Positions 51,036 to 63,589 of a stretch of DNA of 64,000 nt are shown in pieces. The notes under the pieces were generated by a model that saw nothing but the letters and a program-made list of their open reading frames with translations, searched no databases and was not told the origin of the DNA. A program made the position numbers and the translations under genes. How positions within the stretch are numbered: the stretch's first letter is position 1; each line of letters starts with the position of its first letter. Source of the stretch: Lama glama (lineage: Eukaryota); assembly GCA_028534125.1 (NCBI GenBank), contig CM052832.1:12092001-12156000 (forward strand), written 5' to 3'.

Positions 51036-51244
51036 TATTAATAAATGCTTTTTACTGACTAACTATGGTGAAGCCTCAGATTGTATAAGAAGTGAATAGT
51101 GTTTCTTAGATCTTGATTCTCTTAATATAAGGAATTATTTACCGACATGTAAGTTGAAATAAATTGTTTCTGTTTCTAGATTTGAAATTTAGGAGAAAAC
51201 TGACCTCGATTACTTTTAAGGCCAGTTCTCTTCAGCTACCCTAC

Positions 51245-51480
51245 TACAGTTTCATTAAAAGGGCATGGACTTTGTAATTGAACAAAACTATGTTCAGATT
51301 CTGACTGCCCCTTCTTACTGGCTTTGTGTCATTGGACAAGTTACTTTATATTTCTCAATCTTATTTTTTAGTGTGTAAGATGAGGATAGGAATGACTTTT
51401 CATAAGATTGGCATCAGGCTCAACAAGATACCTTATGTAAGTTGTCTAGAGTGTCGTCTTTGGCATTGATGCTCAGTCAA
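51245..51480 (+). mobile_element. MIR SINE
   Basis: gcatggactttg, ttcttactggctttgtgtcattggacaagttact. Confidence 0.8.
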
Positions 51481-51779
51481 GTTTGGGTGATACATCCCTT
51501 AGCAGAGCTTAGCAGTATGTCGTGTGATCAGAGTCTTGTTGCCCCAAACATAAGAGACTCATTGATTCTGGCAGAGAGGTAGCTCCCTAGACCATCTCAC
51601 AAAACTCCTAGTCTGCTCTCTTCCTTAGTTTTTACTTCCCAGCCAACCAAGTGGTGCAATATGACTGTATTATGCTTTTCCTGTATGTGTTTACTCTAAT
51701 TTTTTGCATTTCCTGTCCCTCTTTGACCTTGTTTTCTTCCCCTTCCCTTTGGTAATCGATATTTTTAGATTTTTGCTCA

Positions 51780-52320
51780 CTTCACTTGCTGGTATCACCA
51801 AGACTAATTCCTCACCCCACTGCCTTTACTGTGCCATAGAATCTAGACTCTGGGAGAAGGTCCCTTTCCCTGGGAAGCCCTTGCTCCTAGACTCATAGGT
51901 GGGATTAGCCACTCAGGGTTTTCCTTGGTGCCTTGCCAGGTAGTGGTGGTTTGGATGATGTGTCATCTTTTTTTCTTCGTATGATCTCCAGAGAGATCTG
52001 TGTGGGAAGAATGTGATGGGACCCACGAATAAACTGTCTGGGGTTCCAAATCTTGAGTTGAGTGACCTGTTAAAACAGGTCTGTGTCAAAAGTGATGAAT
52101 AGTTTTTGTGTATTTTGAGCAAGTTGCCAATCGATCAGCTACTGTTTAATGAGAAAGAGGCAGTGTAAGAGGAGCAAAAGCCCAGCTGCCTGTTCGAGAG
52201 CCACCTGCCTTTTCCCTTTACTTCATTTTCTTGCTAATGAAGGAACCAGTTGGTTTAGAGCGATCAATGCTGACCTATTAGGATCAGACATTGTTTTGGC
52301 ATTGCCAAGGCAATTAAATT
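51780..52320 (-). mobile_element. RTE relic, copy 4: endonuclease N-terminus
   Basis: LIA/W/NAKTMSDPNRSALIA at about 52.26-52.32 kb (cf. IATWNVRTLxD..RTALIA). Weaker similarity continues to about 51.8 kb. Confidence 0.5.
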
Positions 52321-52803
52321 CAGCAGGGTGAGGATTAGAGGGAGAAAGTCTGTGAAAAAAGAAACAAGAGACTTTTTATTCAGAAACCACCTCTCTGTTA
52401 TTAGAGGTATAAAAAGGATTACTTAAAAAAAGAATTAATCATTAGAGCATTTTCTTTCTTGGTAAAATAATCAGAAGATTTGTTGACATTAGTTCTTTTT
52501 TTTTTTTTTTTTTTTAGCTCTTATTAGGTTTTTATTCTGTGCCAGACACAATTCATTAGTTCTTAGATTTAGGGAGATAGGAAGTTCTGCTTCACTGATC
52601 TGACTTAAGGTATAAACCTTTATTATTGCCCTCTTTCCTATTTAAAGCCTTCTCTAAGAGACTGTTTCCTGTAGTAGGTACTGTGACCTATATGTGCTAG
52701 ATTTTCCAAAGCAGTTCTGATTTTAAATTGGCCCCTTATGCCATTAAGATGATGACTCAGAAATTGTTAATCAGTCTATCACTGAAGACTTGAGGGAGAG
52801 CAT

Positions 52804-53303
52804 NNNNNNNNNNNNNNNNNNNNNNNNNNNNNNNNNNNNNNNNNNNNNNNNNNNNNNNNNNNNNNNNNNNNNNNNNNNNNNNNNNNNNNNNNNNNNNNNN
52901 NNNNNNNNNNNNNNNNNNNNNNNNNNNNNNNNNNNNNNNNNNNNNNNNNNNNNNNNNNNNNNNNNNNNNNNNNNNNNNNNNNNNNNNNNNNNNNNNNNNN
53001 NNNNNNNNNNNNNNNNNNNNNNNNNNNNNNNNNNNNNNNNNNNNNNNNNNNNNNNNNNNNNNNNNNNNNNNNNNNNNNNNNNNNNNNNNNNNNNNNNNNN
53101 NNNNNNNNNNNNNNNNNNNNNNNNNNNNNNNNNNNNNNNNNNNNNNNNNNNNNNNNNNNNNNNNNNNNNNNNNNNNNNNNNNNNNNNNNNNNNNNNNNNN
53201 NNNNNNNNNNNNNNNNNNNNNNNNNNNNNNNNNNNNNNNNNNNNNNNNNNNNNNNNNNNNNNNNNNNNNNNNNNNNNNNNNNNNNNNNNNNNNNNNNNNN
53301 NNN
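52804..53303. other. Assembly gap (500 N)
   Basis: Exactly 500 N; the round number suggests a placeholder of unknown true size. Confidence 0.99.
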
Positions 53304-53654
53304 GGGGGAATGAAAGCCTCTGTGCTCTTTTATTCTGCAACACTCAAATATGTGATGGTACAAGCAGAAAGGCATTTCCAATGAATTCATTGTACCATCA
53401 GAAAGAAGTTTGAGTGGCATATGATGACAGTCAGTGATGGCCCTATAACCTCATACTTCGTAATTACTACTAAAATATATTCAGTATGTATGTGGGACCC
53501 TACAGAGAGAGAAAGGAAAAAATCCTATTCCCAACTGAATGACATAAAGCTGTATTTTTATTAAGAGTTTTGACTGACATTATAAATCATAAATCACTAA
53601 CATGAAGCTTGAGGCACCAGAAGCCAGAGAGAAAATATAACCTGTAAAATGTGC

Positions 53655-54251
53655 TGTTCTGGTGCAATTTAATATTCATAGTGGCCAGGATTCTAAGGCT
53701 ATATCGTATACTAAACTAAGACATCTAACTTTTTATTCAATGTTTTTTTTTTCCCAAGTAAGTTAGTCTTCTTGACCTTTTGTGCCATTTCTTTATATAT
53801 CACCTGACAATAATCAATTTGGATATTTCTGTTTTTGAGTGATTGGTTCTGGAAAAGGGTGGTGATTAATTACTGCATATTTTTCATAAAATCTTTGTAT
53901 ACTATAAAGCACAGGCAGCTGTGAATGAATGTGAACACCCAACAACATCCAACATGGGGCTGTAAGTGTAGTGCAGGTGTTCAATACATGTTTACTGGTG
54001 GTGATATTGATGTTGAAGAGTTGAAGAAGAGTATTTTTAAATTTCCTGGCCCCTTTTTGAAATGTACAAAGAACTTGGATTGCATTTGCTTGTTTTTTGG
54101 TGCAGTAATGTATCATTAAGAATTTATTGTGGTGTATCAAGCCATGAAACAGACTGCGTCTTGAGCTTATTTCTCTGGCAGACAAAGGTGCAGATTTTAT
54201 GTATTGAGTTAAAGGAAGTGAAACTTTTCCAGCAAGAGTAAGAGGAAGCAA
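53655..54251 (-). mobile_element. RTE-type endonuclease relic (unit E1)
   Basis: ORF 53814-54251 (LTLAGK..SAP..IQVLCTF..WMLLGVH..QRFYEKYA). A shifted frame gives LITTLFQ..RNIQIDY and RILATMNIKL (cf. EFCQENALVIANTLFQ..RNQIDY..LLIAKxRLKL). Confidence 0.72.
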
Positions 54252-55579
54252 TTTGGCTCTAGATATATGTCTTTAAAATGTGGTGAAAATAAGTTAAAAA
54301 GATTCTTTATTAAATCCTCACCTTTATTAATTAATCTCTATGGTATAAATTATCACAGATTTCCAGCCAGTTAAAGACAGTGAAAAGATCAAATGGAGAG
54401 TTTGGTACATTTCATAGTCCTAAAAAAATTATTATTGTACTATTGTCATTTTCCCCCTTTGTTTAAATATTTTTGCTAGTATAAAACCTATGCTCTAACG
54501 CAACTCAGATTCTTTTCTTGAGAAAGGATAAGGCAATGCATCATAAAACACAATTTATGTAATTCCTTTAAAAATGTAGCTTTTAAGATGACATTTTAAT
54601 ATTTCAGAAGTCATGAAGGCTTAACTTTAAGTTTCAGTTTAAATGATTCTTGGGTTTTTGATATTAGTATTTATTAGAAATAGAGTCATTTCAAGAATAA
54701 AGATTAGAAACAGAATAGGTGGTTTTATACATATACAAAAAACTATTTGCCAAAGGATTGATGAGAACTGCTGTTTTCAACACAGTTCATTTGAAAAGGA
54801 CCATATCCAATCTCTAAACACACTAAATTTAGTTAGTATGTTGCCTTTCAGTCAATATGAACTCTAGTAATACAGGGAAGAGAACAGGGAAGAGCTAATA
54901 CACCATGTGCAGAAAATACACAAATAGCTCACTATTCCAAAGCATCTTTGTTCCCTTTTCCTCAGTGAAAAACATAAAGCTGTAAAACAAATCATTATAA
55001 AAGTCTGAGTAGACTGTAATCCTAACAGCTAATGTAGGTACTAAGTTATGCCATCTTCCTTTTTTCTCTTCTTAAAAAGCAAGACGAAACAGCCCCTAAA
55101 CGTTGAAGAGCTGATGCTGCTATCATTGTACAAGTCAAATAGGAGAGGGGCCCTAGCTGCAGCAACACAGTCTAGCTCCAGCCAATTAAACTGTGAACCT
55201 CAAAGCTGTTCTACTAAAGCAGACTTGTTGTTAGGGCACTTATACTGGAAGCATTTTCTTGGCACAAAGTGCACATCTGAACATTTAAATTCAAATATGC
55301 TAACAGATGTCTCTTGAACAAGAACATCATAAAGCCAGATTTCACTTGAGTGAGGAAAATACTTTTTCCATCATTTAATGTTTTTCACTTGGAGGTTACA
55401 TTTTACTTTAGACCATGGCCCTATGGACTGTGATTAGAAAGGATATCTGAGAAGGTGGAATTGGTACATCCTATCAGTGTGAGGTGAGCGCATGCATTTC
55501 AAATCAAAGTGATGCTACCTAGTTCTGAGAGCATGGAATACTAATGAAACAAACCATTATTTTTTCTCTTGCTTTTCAG

Positions 55580-56220
55580 GCTTCTTTGCCACAAATGTCT
55601 GACACTGTGAATTCACTCTTCTTCTCCTTTATGTTTCTGCATAAATGTATTTGAATTATACATTTAGTGGAGTAGCTTATCCAAACAGATTTCTCCTCTG
55701 GGCACAGATGGAACAGAGTAAATGATACACTTTTAGGAGATTTCTCTTAAATCCATATGTTATATCTTGTGGCCATTACTCATAGTCTGTCACACTGACC
55801 AGATACCACTACTGAATAATGCATATTACATACATGATCCTTTTATTTATAAAATCTCTCCCCACTGCCAACAAATAAAGATTTTTATTCTGAAACATTA
55901 TAGTAGTTGAAAAAGAAATGTGATTTGATTATTTAACTTGAAGTTCCTAATAAGGCGAATGTCCAAGAGTAAATTCTTAAATCCTTCATTCTATTATGAT
56001 TTTATTGTATTTTTCGTAGTCAGAATTTTAAAATTTGAGCTAATATTGTAGGAGCCAGAGTTCTCAGCACTATCATCTGTGAACACTGTGTTGCGTGATA
56101 ATGAGCACTCTCAGCTGAAGTCGTGAGGAAGGGCAAGATATTTTGGAGCAACTCTTTTTTTTCTAATTCTGTATTCTTCCTTCCTTTGATATTTATTCCA
56201 TTTAAATAGAAAATCATTTA
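55580..56220 (-). mobile_element. RTE-type endonuclease relic (unit E2)
   Basis: ORF 56020-56217 IFYLNG..RKN..MIVLRTLAPT (cf. ITVIQVYAPT), then DIRLIRNF, YGFKRN..HLLCSICAQ, SNTFMQ..*IHSVRHLWQ (cf. TNTxFQ..WxHPRSKHWH). Confidence 0.68.
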
Positions 56221-57309
56221 TCATGAATGTGATTACATGTTATTTTGCAGTCTTTCCTATTATGAAATTTTGAGGTGGCAAAATTGACATCTACCTCAAA
56301 TTTATCATTGAAAATTTCTGAAGAATTGTTTCTTGAAACTCATATCCTCTGTGGAACAAGATAATTAATATTAAGTCTTTAGAGAGTCTTTGCTTAGTGC
56401 TATGAATAATACTTTACTAAGTAATGTTATAAAGATTAGAATTATGATATTATTTAATCTCTAATAGTTGGACTGGTATTTTTTAAAAAAATTTAGGGAT
56501 GTTTGATTCAAAAAGCTTATAATGTTCTTCCTAAAGGTATCTAGCAAATCTACTATTTCTTAATATTGCAGTATTAATCTACTTCCCATTTATTTGACCA
56601 TTCTAGTTTTAAATAATTAACTTGTACATAAAATTAATAATTTTGTACATAAAATCGGTAATTTCCTACAATAATCATTATTATTGTAGCATTTTGCTCT
56701 TGCAATAATAAATACAAATTTAAACTTCAGCCTATTAAGATTTCAATATCAAAAGTACAGAAGGAGCTTTTCACATGAGGTTGCATCTAGCATGCTCACT
56801 TCTGTTTGAGAGTGAATAACCAGATATTAACTGTAAGTCCAAATGACTTACCTTATTCATATTACCTTGATTGTTATGATAATTAGATTTTAAAATGGGA
56901 ACCTATCTGTCACATGATCATTGGTCATGAATACATTCAGATGCCAGAAATGACACTGAAGCAGACCTTAGGCTTTTAACACCCTTCCAAAGGTAAGGTT
57001 GAAGCCAAACAGCTGATAACTGAGGCCCTGAACATTTAGGTTTGATATGAAGCAAGTGTATTTTTGTCAGTATATTTCATACAAGATGAGACAAAAGTCC
57101 CCGTGAAGCCTGGAGGCCTTTCATCCTAGGAATGTTTTTCTGTTTTATTGGCCACAACATTCAAGCATTGTCTTGTGACATTTGAAGTCATTCAGAAGTC
57201 ATCAAGTATGCCCAGATTGTTTTCCTGTCTTCTGGGGCTGATTTTTCTTATCGGTTACGTGACTCTTCGGAAACCTAATTGTGGAAACCTGTTAATATGT
57301 ATCTTTTGG

Positions 57310-58060
57310 ATATGGTTATTCCAGTTTGTAAATGCTAACTGGTCTAAATTCTGTATGAGCTAAGCAGGTCTTTGCTGGGGAGATGCATTTTGCAAATCCA
57401 AAAGAACCATTTGCCAAAGGCCTAGGCTCAGAGGAAAGATAAAAAGGAGTTTATATCTGACAGCAATCTTTGTGTCTTTTAATACTATTTTATTGAATTC
57501 TTCATAAGGTGAAAACTATTCAGTGAGTCTAAAGATACACAAATTATGCCTGGAGAATCAAGCACATTTGATGTGATAGCAGAGAAGCAGTAAAACTTTA
57601 TATAATGCAATGTGCTTTATTTTTATATAGTCTAATTCATAGTATCATAAGACACTTTACAGAAAGAGTCAATTGCAAGCTTAAAAGAAAAAGGAAACTT
57701 GTAAGGTGAGATTTAAGGACAAAGTATACTCTAATTTTGCACTTACCTTGCAACTGAATTAGAGTCTCTGTGCCTTTTATATGCTGCCATTAAAATTAGG
57801 TTTTAAGGTTTTCCCACTGAGCCCTATAATGTCTGCCTGCCAAAGGGGGATATTGTTTGTCTTAGGAGAGATGCCACGTTCCTGGGCTGCTCGCCAGTTG
57901 TCCAATACAAAAGGCACTGTCTCTGCTCTAGCCCACTCAGTCATCTTTGGATTTGAGCCAGATTTCACTCAAAGTCCATATGCCCTATTTATCCTCCTAG
58001 TTGTCAACCCAGGCCTTCCATTGGACTTCAACATCTTTGCCATTGTCTGCATTGTACCTT
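57310..58060 (-). mobile_element. RTE-type endonuclease relic (unit E3)
   Basis: In order: YNA/QTM, GIWTLSEIWL (cf. DIAALSETRL), KMTEWARAET..QERGI..KTN, RLLSDINS (cf. LLGDFNA), LWQMVL/GSFGFAKC..QLAFTN. Confidence 0.68.
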
Positions 58061-58379
58061 CTGATTTTACTCTAGTCCTTCCACTGTCATGGAGTGTTGT
58101 GTGCAAAAGCGTTTGTGTGTATGTGCATGTGGTTTTTTTGTTTTGTTTTCTAAACACTTAATATACTTGTCAAATTTGATTTTTAAAAAAATTAAAAAAC
58201 CTCTTTAAGAGTATCCCTTTAAAATTTTCTTTAAAACATTATTACCTGGACTTTAAAATTTTTGTTAAATATGCCATGAACAACAAGGGTGCATATATTG
58301 TTTGTTTATGTACATTTTAAATAATGAGTTTTCTTTAATAAAGATGCATTACTAATGACTAAATTTAAGCGATTGAACA

Positions 58380-59880
58380 TTATCAGTACCTTTGGCATCT
58401 TTACAATATGGGGTCTTCCTATCCATGAACATGACATGACTCTCCATTTATTTTGGTCTTCTTTACTGTCATTCAGTAAAATGTTACAATTTCTCTACAT
58501 CTTGCATATCTTTTGTTAGGTTTATTCCTAGTTATAACATATTTTTATTGCTATTGTATATAGTATATTTTAATTCAGTATATTTTGCACATTTATTTCT
58601 AAATGTATAGAAATGCAACTGCTGTTTGGATTTTGATCTAGCATCTGGCAACCTTACTAAACTCTCATTTATCATAATTACTTGTAGACTCTTCTGGAGT
58701 TTTTATATGGATAATAATTTCATTTTCCCCCCTTTCTTTCTTTCTCTCAGGATCTCAGGATAATATTGAACAGCAGATATGATGGTGGTCATCTTTCTCA
58801 TATGTGTTTCCTTTTTTTTTAAAGGGAATGCTTCTATTTTACCACTAAAAAAGATATTTGCTAATAGGATTTTGATAGTTGTTGTGTATCAGGTTAAGGA
58901 AACTGCCTTACATTTCTGGTTTGCTAAGAGGTTTTAGAATTTTTGAATAGTGTTGGATTTTATCAAATGCATTTTCAGGGAATAATTGATCATACGTTTT
59001 TTCTTGTTTAAAGTTAACAAAATGAGTTCTTCTGTAATACTTTCTAATGTGAGACATACCTGGTATTCCTGGAATAAACCTAATTCGGTCATGATGAATT
59101 ACCTTTTCTTACATCATTGGATTTGTTTTGCCAAATTTTGTTTAGTTCTGCTTTGTATTTATGAGTCAGGTAAACTAGAATTTTCTTGCATTTTTTTCTT
59201 ACCTGATTTTGTTTCAAGCTTTATCAGCCTTATAAAGTGTGCTGTGGAGTATTACCTATTTTTCTTTCCCCTGAAAGAACTTGGATAATATTTAAATTAT
59301 CTGCTTCTTGAATGTCTGATAGAACTCACCTGTAAAACCTTCAGGGCCTTCACTATCAATTAAATATCTTAATGATAATTGGGTCACTCTGTTTTCTATT
59401 TCTTGTTGAGTAAATTTTAGTAATTCATATTTCTCTAGAAATTTGTCCATTTCCACTAGGTTTTAAAATATATTCACTTAGTTATTCCTAATTTCTTCTC
59501 TTTTTAATTTCTTTAGTATCTGCAGTTATTCGTTTTCTCATGACCAATATTGTTTGTCTCTTTCTGTTATTTTTGATCCATCTTGTTGGAATTTTGTCGA
59601 TTAACCTTTTCAGAGAACCAGCTTTGGTTTTCTAATTCTCTGTATTGTGTCATTGTTTTCTGTCCCAGTATTTTCTACTCTTATCCTTATTTCTTTCTAA
59701 TTTCTCCTGCTGTTTGTTTTTCTGACAACAATTTTAACAATAATAGCAACAGATTGATTATATGTCTAATTCAGTAATTTTCAGTCTTCCTTATTTTCTG
59801 ATGTAAGCACTTTAAACTATAGATTTCCCTATAACAAGGTTCACATTAGCTATAGCCTACAAGCTCTAAATAAAGTCTTT
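58380..59880 (-). mobile_element. Old L1ME ORF2 fragment
   Basis: gggtcttcctatccatgaacatg, atcaggttaaggaaa, tcacctgtaaaaccttcagggcct. Confidence 0.88.
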
Positions 59881-59894
59881 GTCTAATAAGTTCA

Positions 59895-61010
59895 ATACTG
59901 GGCTTCCTCTTGGACAGTTCCTGTTAATTTCTGTTTTTCCTGTGAATGAAACATACTTTCTTGTTTCTTTGTATGGCTTCTAATTTTTTCCTAAAAACCG
60001 GACATTCTGAATATTATAATAATGTAACAACTCTGAAAATCAGATTCTCCCCCCCATTCTCCCCCGTCCCAGGATTTGTTGTTACTGCTTGTTATAGATT
60101 GTTGTTATTTGCTCATTAGTAACTTTTCTAAACTACCTTTTTAAGGTGTATTTTTAGTTGTGTGTGGCCAACGAAGACTGTTCTGTTTGCTTAGTGGTCA
60201 GTTAATGTTTTGACAGAGTTTTCTTAACCACTTAGAGCCAAAAGAAAAAAGAAAAAAGAAAAGAAGCCTCTCCCAGATTGGGTCTGTATGGAGGGACTGC
60301 TTCAGCATTTAGCCAGGTTGTTTACAACTCTGCCTTAGCCTTTACTTCCTGCTTGCACAGAGCCTGATAGCCAGCCAGAGTGAAAGTTTAGAGGCTTTGC
60401 AGACCCCTCTGAGCATGCTCCCAGCCGTGAGAATGCCTGTTGCCTCCTCTGTTCCCTTGTATAGGCAAGAGCTTTTTAAAGTCTCTCATGTATCTTTTTT
60501 AAAAATCTCTTCCTTCTCAGTCTGTCTATCATTTGTCCCAACTGTTTTCTTTTGCCCCAAGCTGCTGTGGCCATTAATTGCACCTTTAAATGCTTTTGGT
60601 AAATCAGCCACTGAGGAAACCATCTGAGCCCTGGGAATGTTCCAAGTTGGCAGAAGAAAGGCAAACCTTTGTGCCAGTCCTTAAAGGTATCTCCAGGTGG
60701 GTTGAAACCCACCACGACAATTCTTTTGGAACAGGGTCCATATTGCTTCCTTTGGCACTAGGGATTTGCACCAGGAGTGGGCTGCTGTCCATCTGAGGTG
60801 TACAGGACAGTACGTGGGCACTTCAAACATTGTAGCACTCTCTGGTGGCAGCGGCTGCTTTTCCTCACCCAGGCTTCCCCTAGTGGTTGGACTAGATTCC
60901 AGAGTGCTGCAGAAGTTGTCTCTTAACACTTTTAACCAGCTCATTAGTTGATTTTAGAATCAACTAATAGAGGCTTGGAGTTTGTTATACCACCATTTTC
61001 AGTGACATCA
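59895..61010 (-). mobile_element. L1M (L1MD/L1MC-type) 5'-end fragment
   Basis: tttacaactctgccttagcctttacttcctgcttgcacagagcctg, aaatcagattctcccc, caccattttcagtgacatca. Confidence 0.75.
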
Positions 61011-61429
61011 CCCTGTATATTTCAGTAAGCATAGTTTTCATTATTGTTCTTATCTAAGAAAATAACTACATTGGGAGGATGGAGAAAGGAATGGCAGTGT
61101 AAGAGAGCTGAACTTTCATCTATAACCATAATAGGAAGTTAACATAAAATGACTACAAGTGATTAATCAAAAGAAATACCACATAGAAAATTATAGATAT
61201 GTGTAAATGACTGAAGAAGAAGCTAAAAGAGTGGAGTCATAATCTTTAGAGATGGAGTCTGTACTGAATGAAGATGGGTGAGTATGGAAAAAGCTGTATT
61301 TGTTATACATACTTTTTAGTGCTAACTGACGTTTTAAACCATATGCATGTGCTCTTTTGATAAAAAGAAAAAGAAAATGACTGTAAACATATACCAAACT
61401 AAAATGCTGGTCTAATAAGCCTGTGCACA

Positions 61430-62700
61430 CAATCTGTCTTTTTTCCCTCTGGCTGCTTCCCAGATCTGCATTTTGGTTTTGATGTTCTTCATCTTCAGTA
61501 CAGTGTATTTAGAGATGGATTTCTCTTTTGTCTTGTTTGGAGTTCTCTGGGATTTATCTGAAGATCAGTGTCTTTCAGTAGTCTGGAAAATGCTCATCTG
61601 ATACTCATTGAATATTGCCCCTCTCTCATGCTTTATATTTGTTCTTTCTAGAATCTTGATTAGATGAAACTTGTTAAGCTTCCTCACTCTGATCTTCATA
61701 TTTCTTTATCTTTTATGTTTTCCATTTCTTTGTGTCTGTATGTAGCATTTTGTGTAATTTCTTTAGCTCTGTCTTGTTTTTTGTTAATTTTCTCCAACTG
61801 TCTTTGATCTTCTAATTAAATTATTCATTAGATTTTCTTTGCAGATTACATTTTTAAAAAATTCCTCTAAGTACTGTGTGTGTGTGTTTTTAAGTATGCT
61901 TTGTCAATTTTGAGAGTCTGTGTTTCATTATCATACTTCCAGTGTCCTCTCTCTTTAAATATGTTGCACATGTACATTTATATTCTCTATCTGATAATTC
62001 TAGTGTCTACAGTATTAGCATAGTCTGATTAGCTGTTTGTTGTTTTTGCTGACTGACTCACTGAGGCTTTTTTCCTCTTGTTTTTAATGATTCTTTTTAT
62101 TATGGACTTATATTCCTTGGAAATTTTTTGTGGGAATTATTTGAGAACTACATGTAAGTTTGTTCCTCCAAGGATGACTCAGTTAGCTTATCTCTAACAC
62201 TGAAGAGCAGTCTGCCAACCAAACATCATTTAAAACTTGATTTTTAATTTCAGGTTTTTCAGGCTACCTTGGTTGTATGGATTCTGGCCTGAAACCTGAA
62301 TGAAAGTGAACTTACGCTTAGAAATTTTCAAAGGAATTTTTATCTTTTCTCTCTCTCTCTTCCTCTCTATATATGAATATATGAAAAAGAAGAAAAATAT
62401 TTTTTTCTGTTCTACTGAGTCAAGTTCCAGTTAAAAAAAAGCTATCTTCTTTTATAAGACAGATTTTTTTTCTTTCTTCCTTTCTTCTTTCCTTTCTCTC
62501 TCTCTCCCCCCTTCCTCTCTCTCCCCCCCACTTCCTTTCTTTCTCTCTCTACTGAAAGTGTCACCCTTTGTGAGATTGGGATTTGTTTGGGAGTCTCTGG
62601 CTCAACATCTCACTGTGTTCAGACCCAGACTTTGTCTTCTTTCCCCATACACACATGTGGCCTGTTAAAATCCAAACTGCTCCTAGGGATCAGCAAATAA
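61430..62700 (-). mobile_element. Old L1/HAL1 ORF1-5' region
   Basis: tgtctttcagtagtctggaaaatgctca, tattctctatctgataattctagt, gtttttgctgact. Confidence 0.7.
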
Positions 62701-62708
62701 CCTCAGGG

Positions 62709-62819
62709 TAGGGTGATTGTATATCTTGGTATGCTGGGAAAAGTATGAGTTTGTTACAGCTGAATTATTTATACTACAAAAGTGTCCTGGTTTGGGCAAT
62801 AAATTACATGATTACCCTG
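62709..62819. mobile_element. MER94-like hAT-Blackjack MITE
   Basis: TAGGGTGA...TTACCCTG termini; aaagtgtcctggtttgggcaataaatta. Confidence 0.8.
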
Positions 62820-63589
62820 CCACAGGGCAAACGTCAGTTCTGTGACTTGCCCATCCTTGGGAATGGTTCTTTTTTTCTTTTTTTTTTTTAATTCTTGCCT
62901 CCAGTTATTTTCTGTACTTTACTGCCAACTTAACCATGCTTCTAAAAGAATTAAAAAATACGTTTTATTCATCATCTTTAGATATTCATCATGAGGACAG
63001 GTTTCTCTACACTTACAGTCAGCTGTGTTACTGGAAAGGAAAGTCATGCCTTTATCTTTTAAAAGATCTTCTCTAAGAAATAATCTAAAGATTAACAACA
63101 ACTTAATATAATCCTTCCTTATACTACCCTATTGATTATATATTGTTTCATAGATTTAAAAATTTAGTAACTGTTAAAATGAAAAATTCTACATGTACTG
63201 TGTAGAAAATTAATGTTTTAGATCAACATGATTATGAAAAAAAAAAAGAAACATCTTTACAACCTTCTCAAATATTGTAAGTCGAAATTCCCAGGAGGGT
63301 CCGGAATTATTAAAGTGAGTGAGAGAGAGTTCTGAGTGAATCTAATAAAAGTGTGTGTATATATGTGTGCATGTTCTTAATTTGTATGAATCCAAGAATG
63401 AAATACATAGTAAAGTGAGAAACAGAAAACCAAAGCAGAGGTTAAATCTTGTTCCTCATTTGTAGATAATAGATTGCTTTGGCCTCGGCTGTAACAGTGG
63501 TATACTATCATTGGTTTCTGATATTCTTAAAAGGTGCCATAATAAGTAATGTCTGTCCCTTCATCCCTAGAGAGGATGATTTCATTCTG

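Noticed and set aside
52771..53420. Three long ORFs in the ORF track
   Set aside because: Artefacts of translating through 500 N.
5790..58060. Single spliced, domesticated EN-RT gene with the relics as exons
   Set aside because: Domains recur many times, catalytic motifs are destroyed, stops and frameshifts are frequent, and splice sites do not consistently bound the pieces.
57781..58161. 126-aa plus-strand ORF
   Set aside because: No recognisable domain; it is the antisense mirror of EN relic E3.
60397..60951. Cluster of overlapping ORFs
   Set aside because: GC-richer L1 5'-end sequence, where short ORFs are expected.
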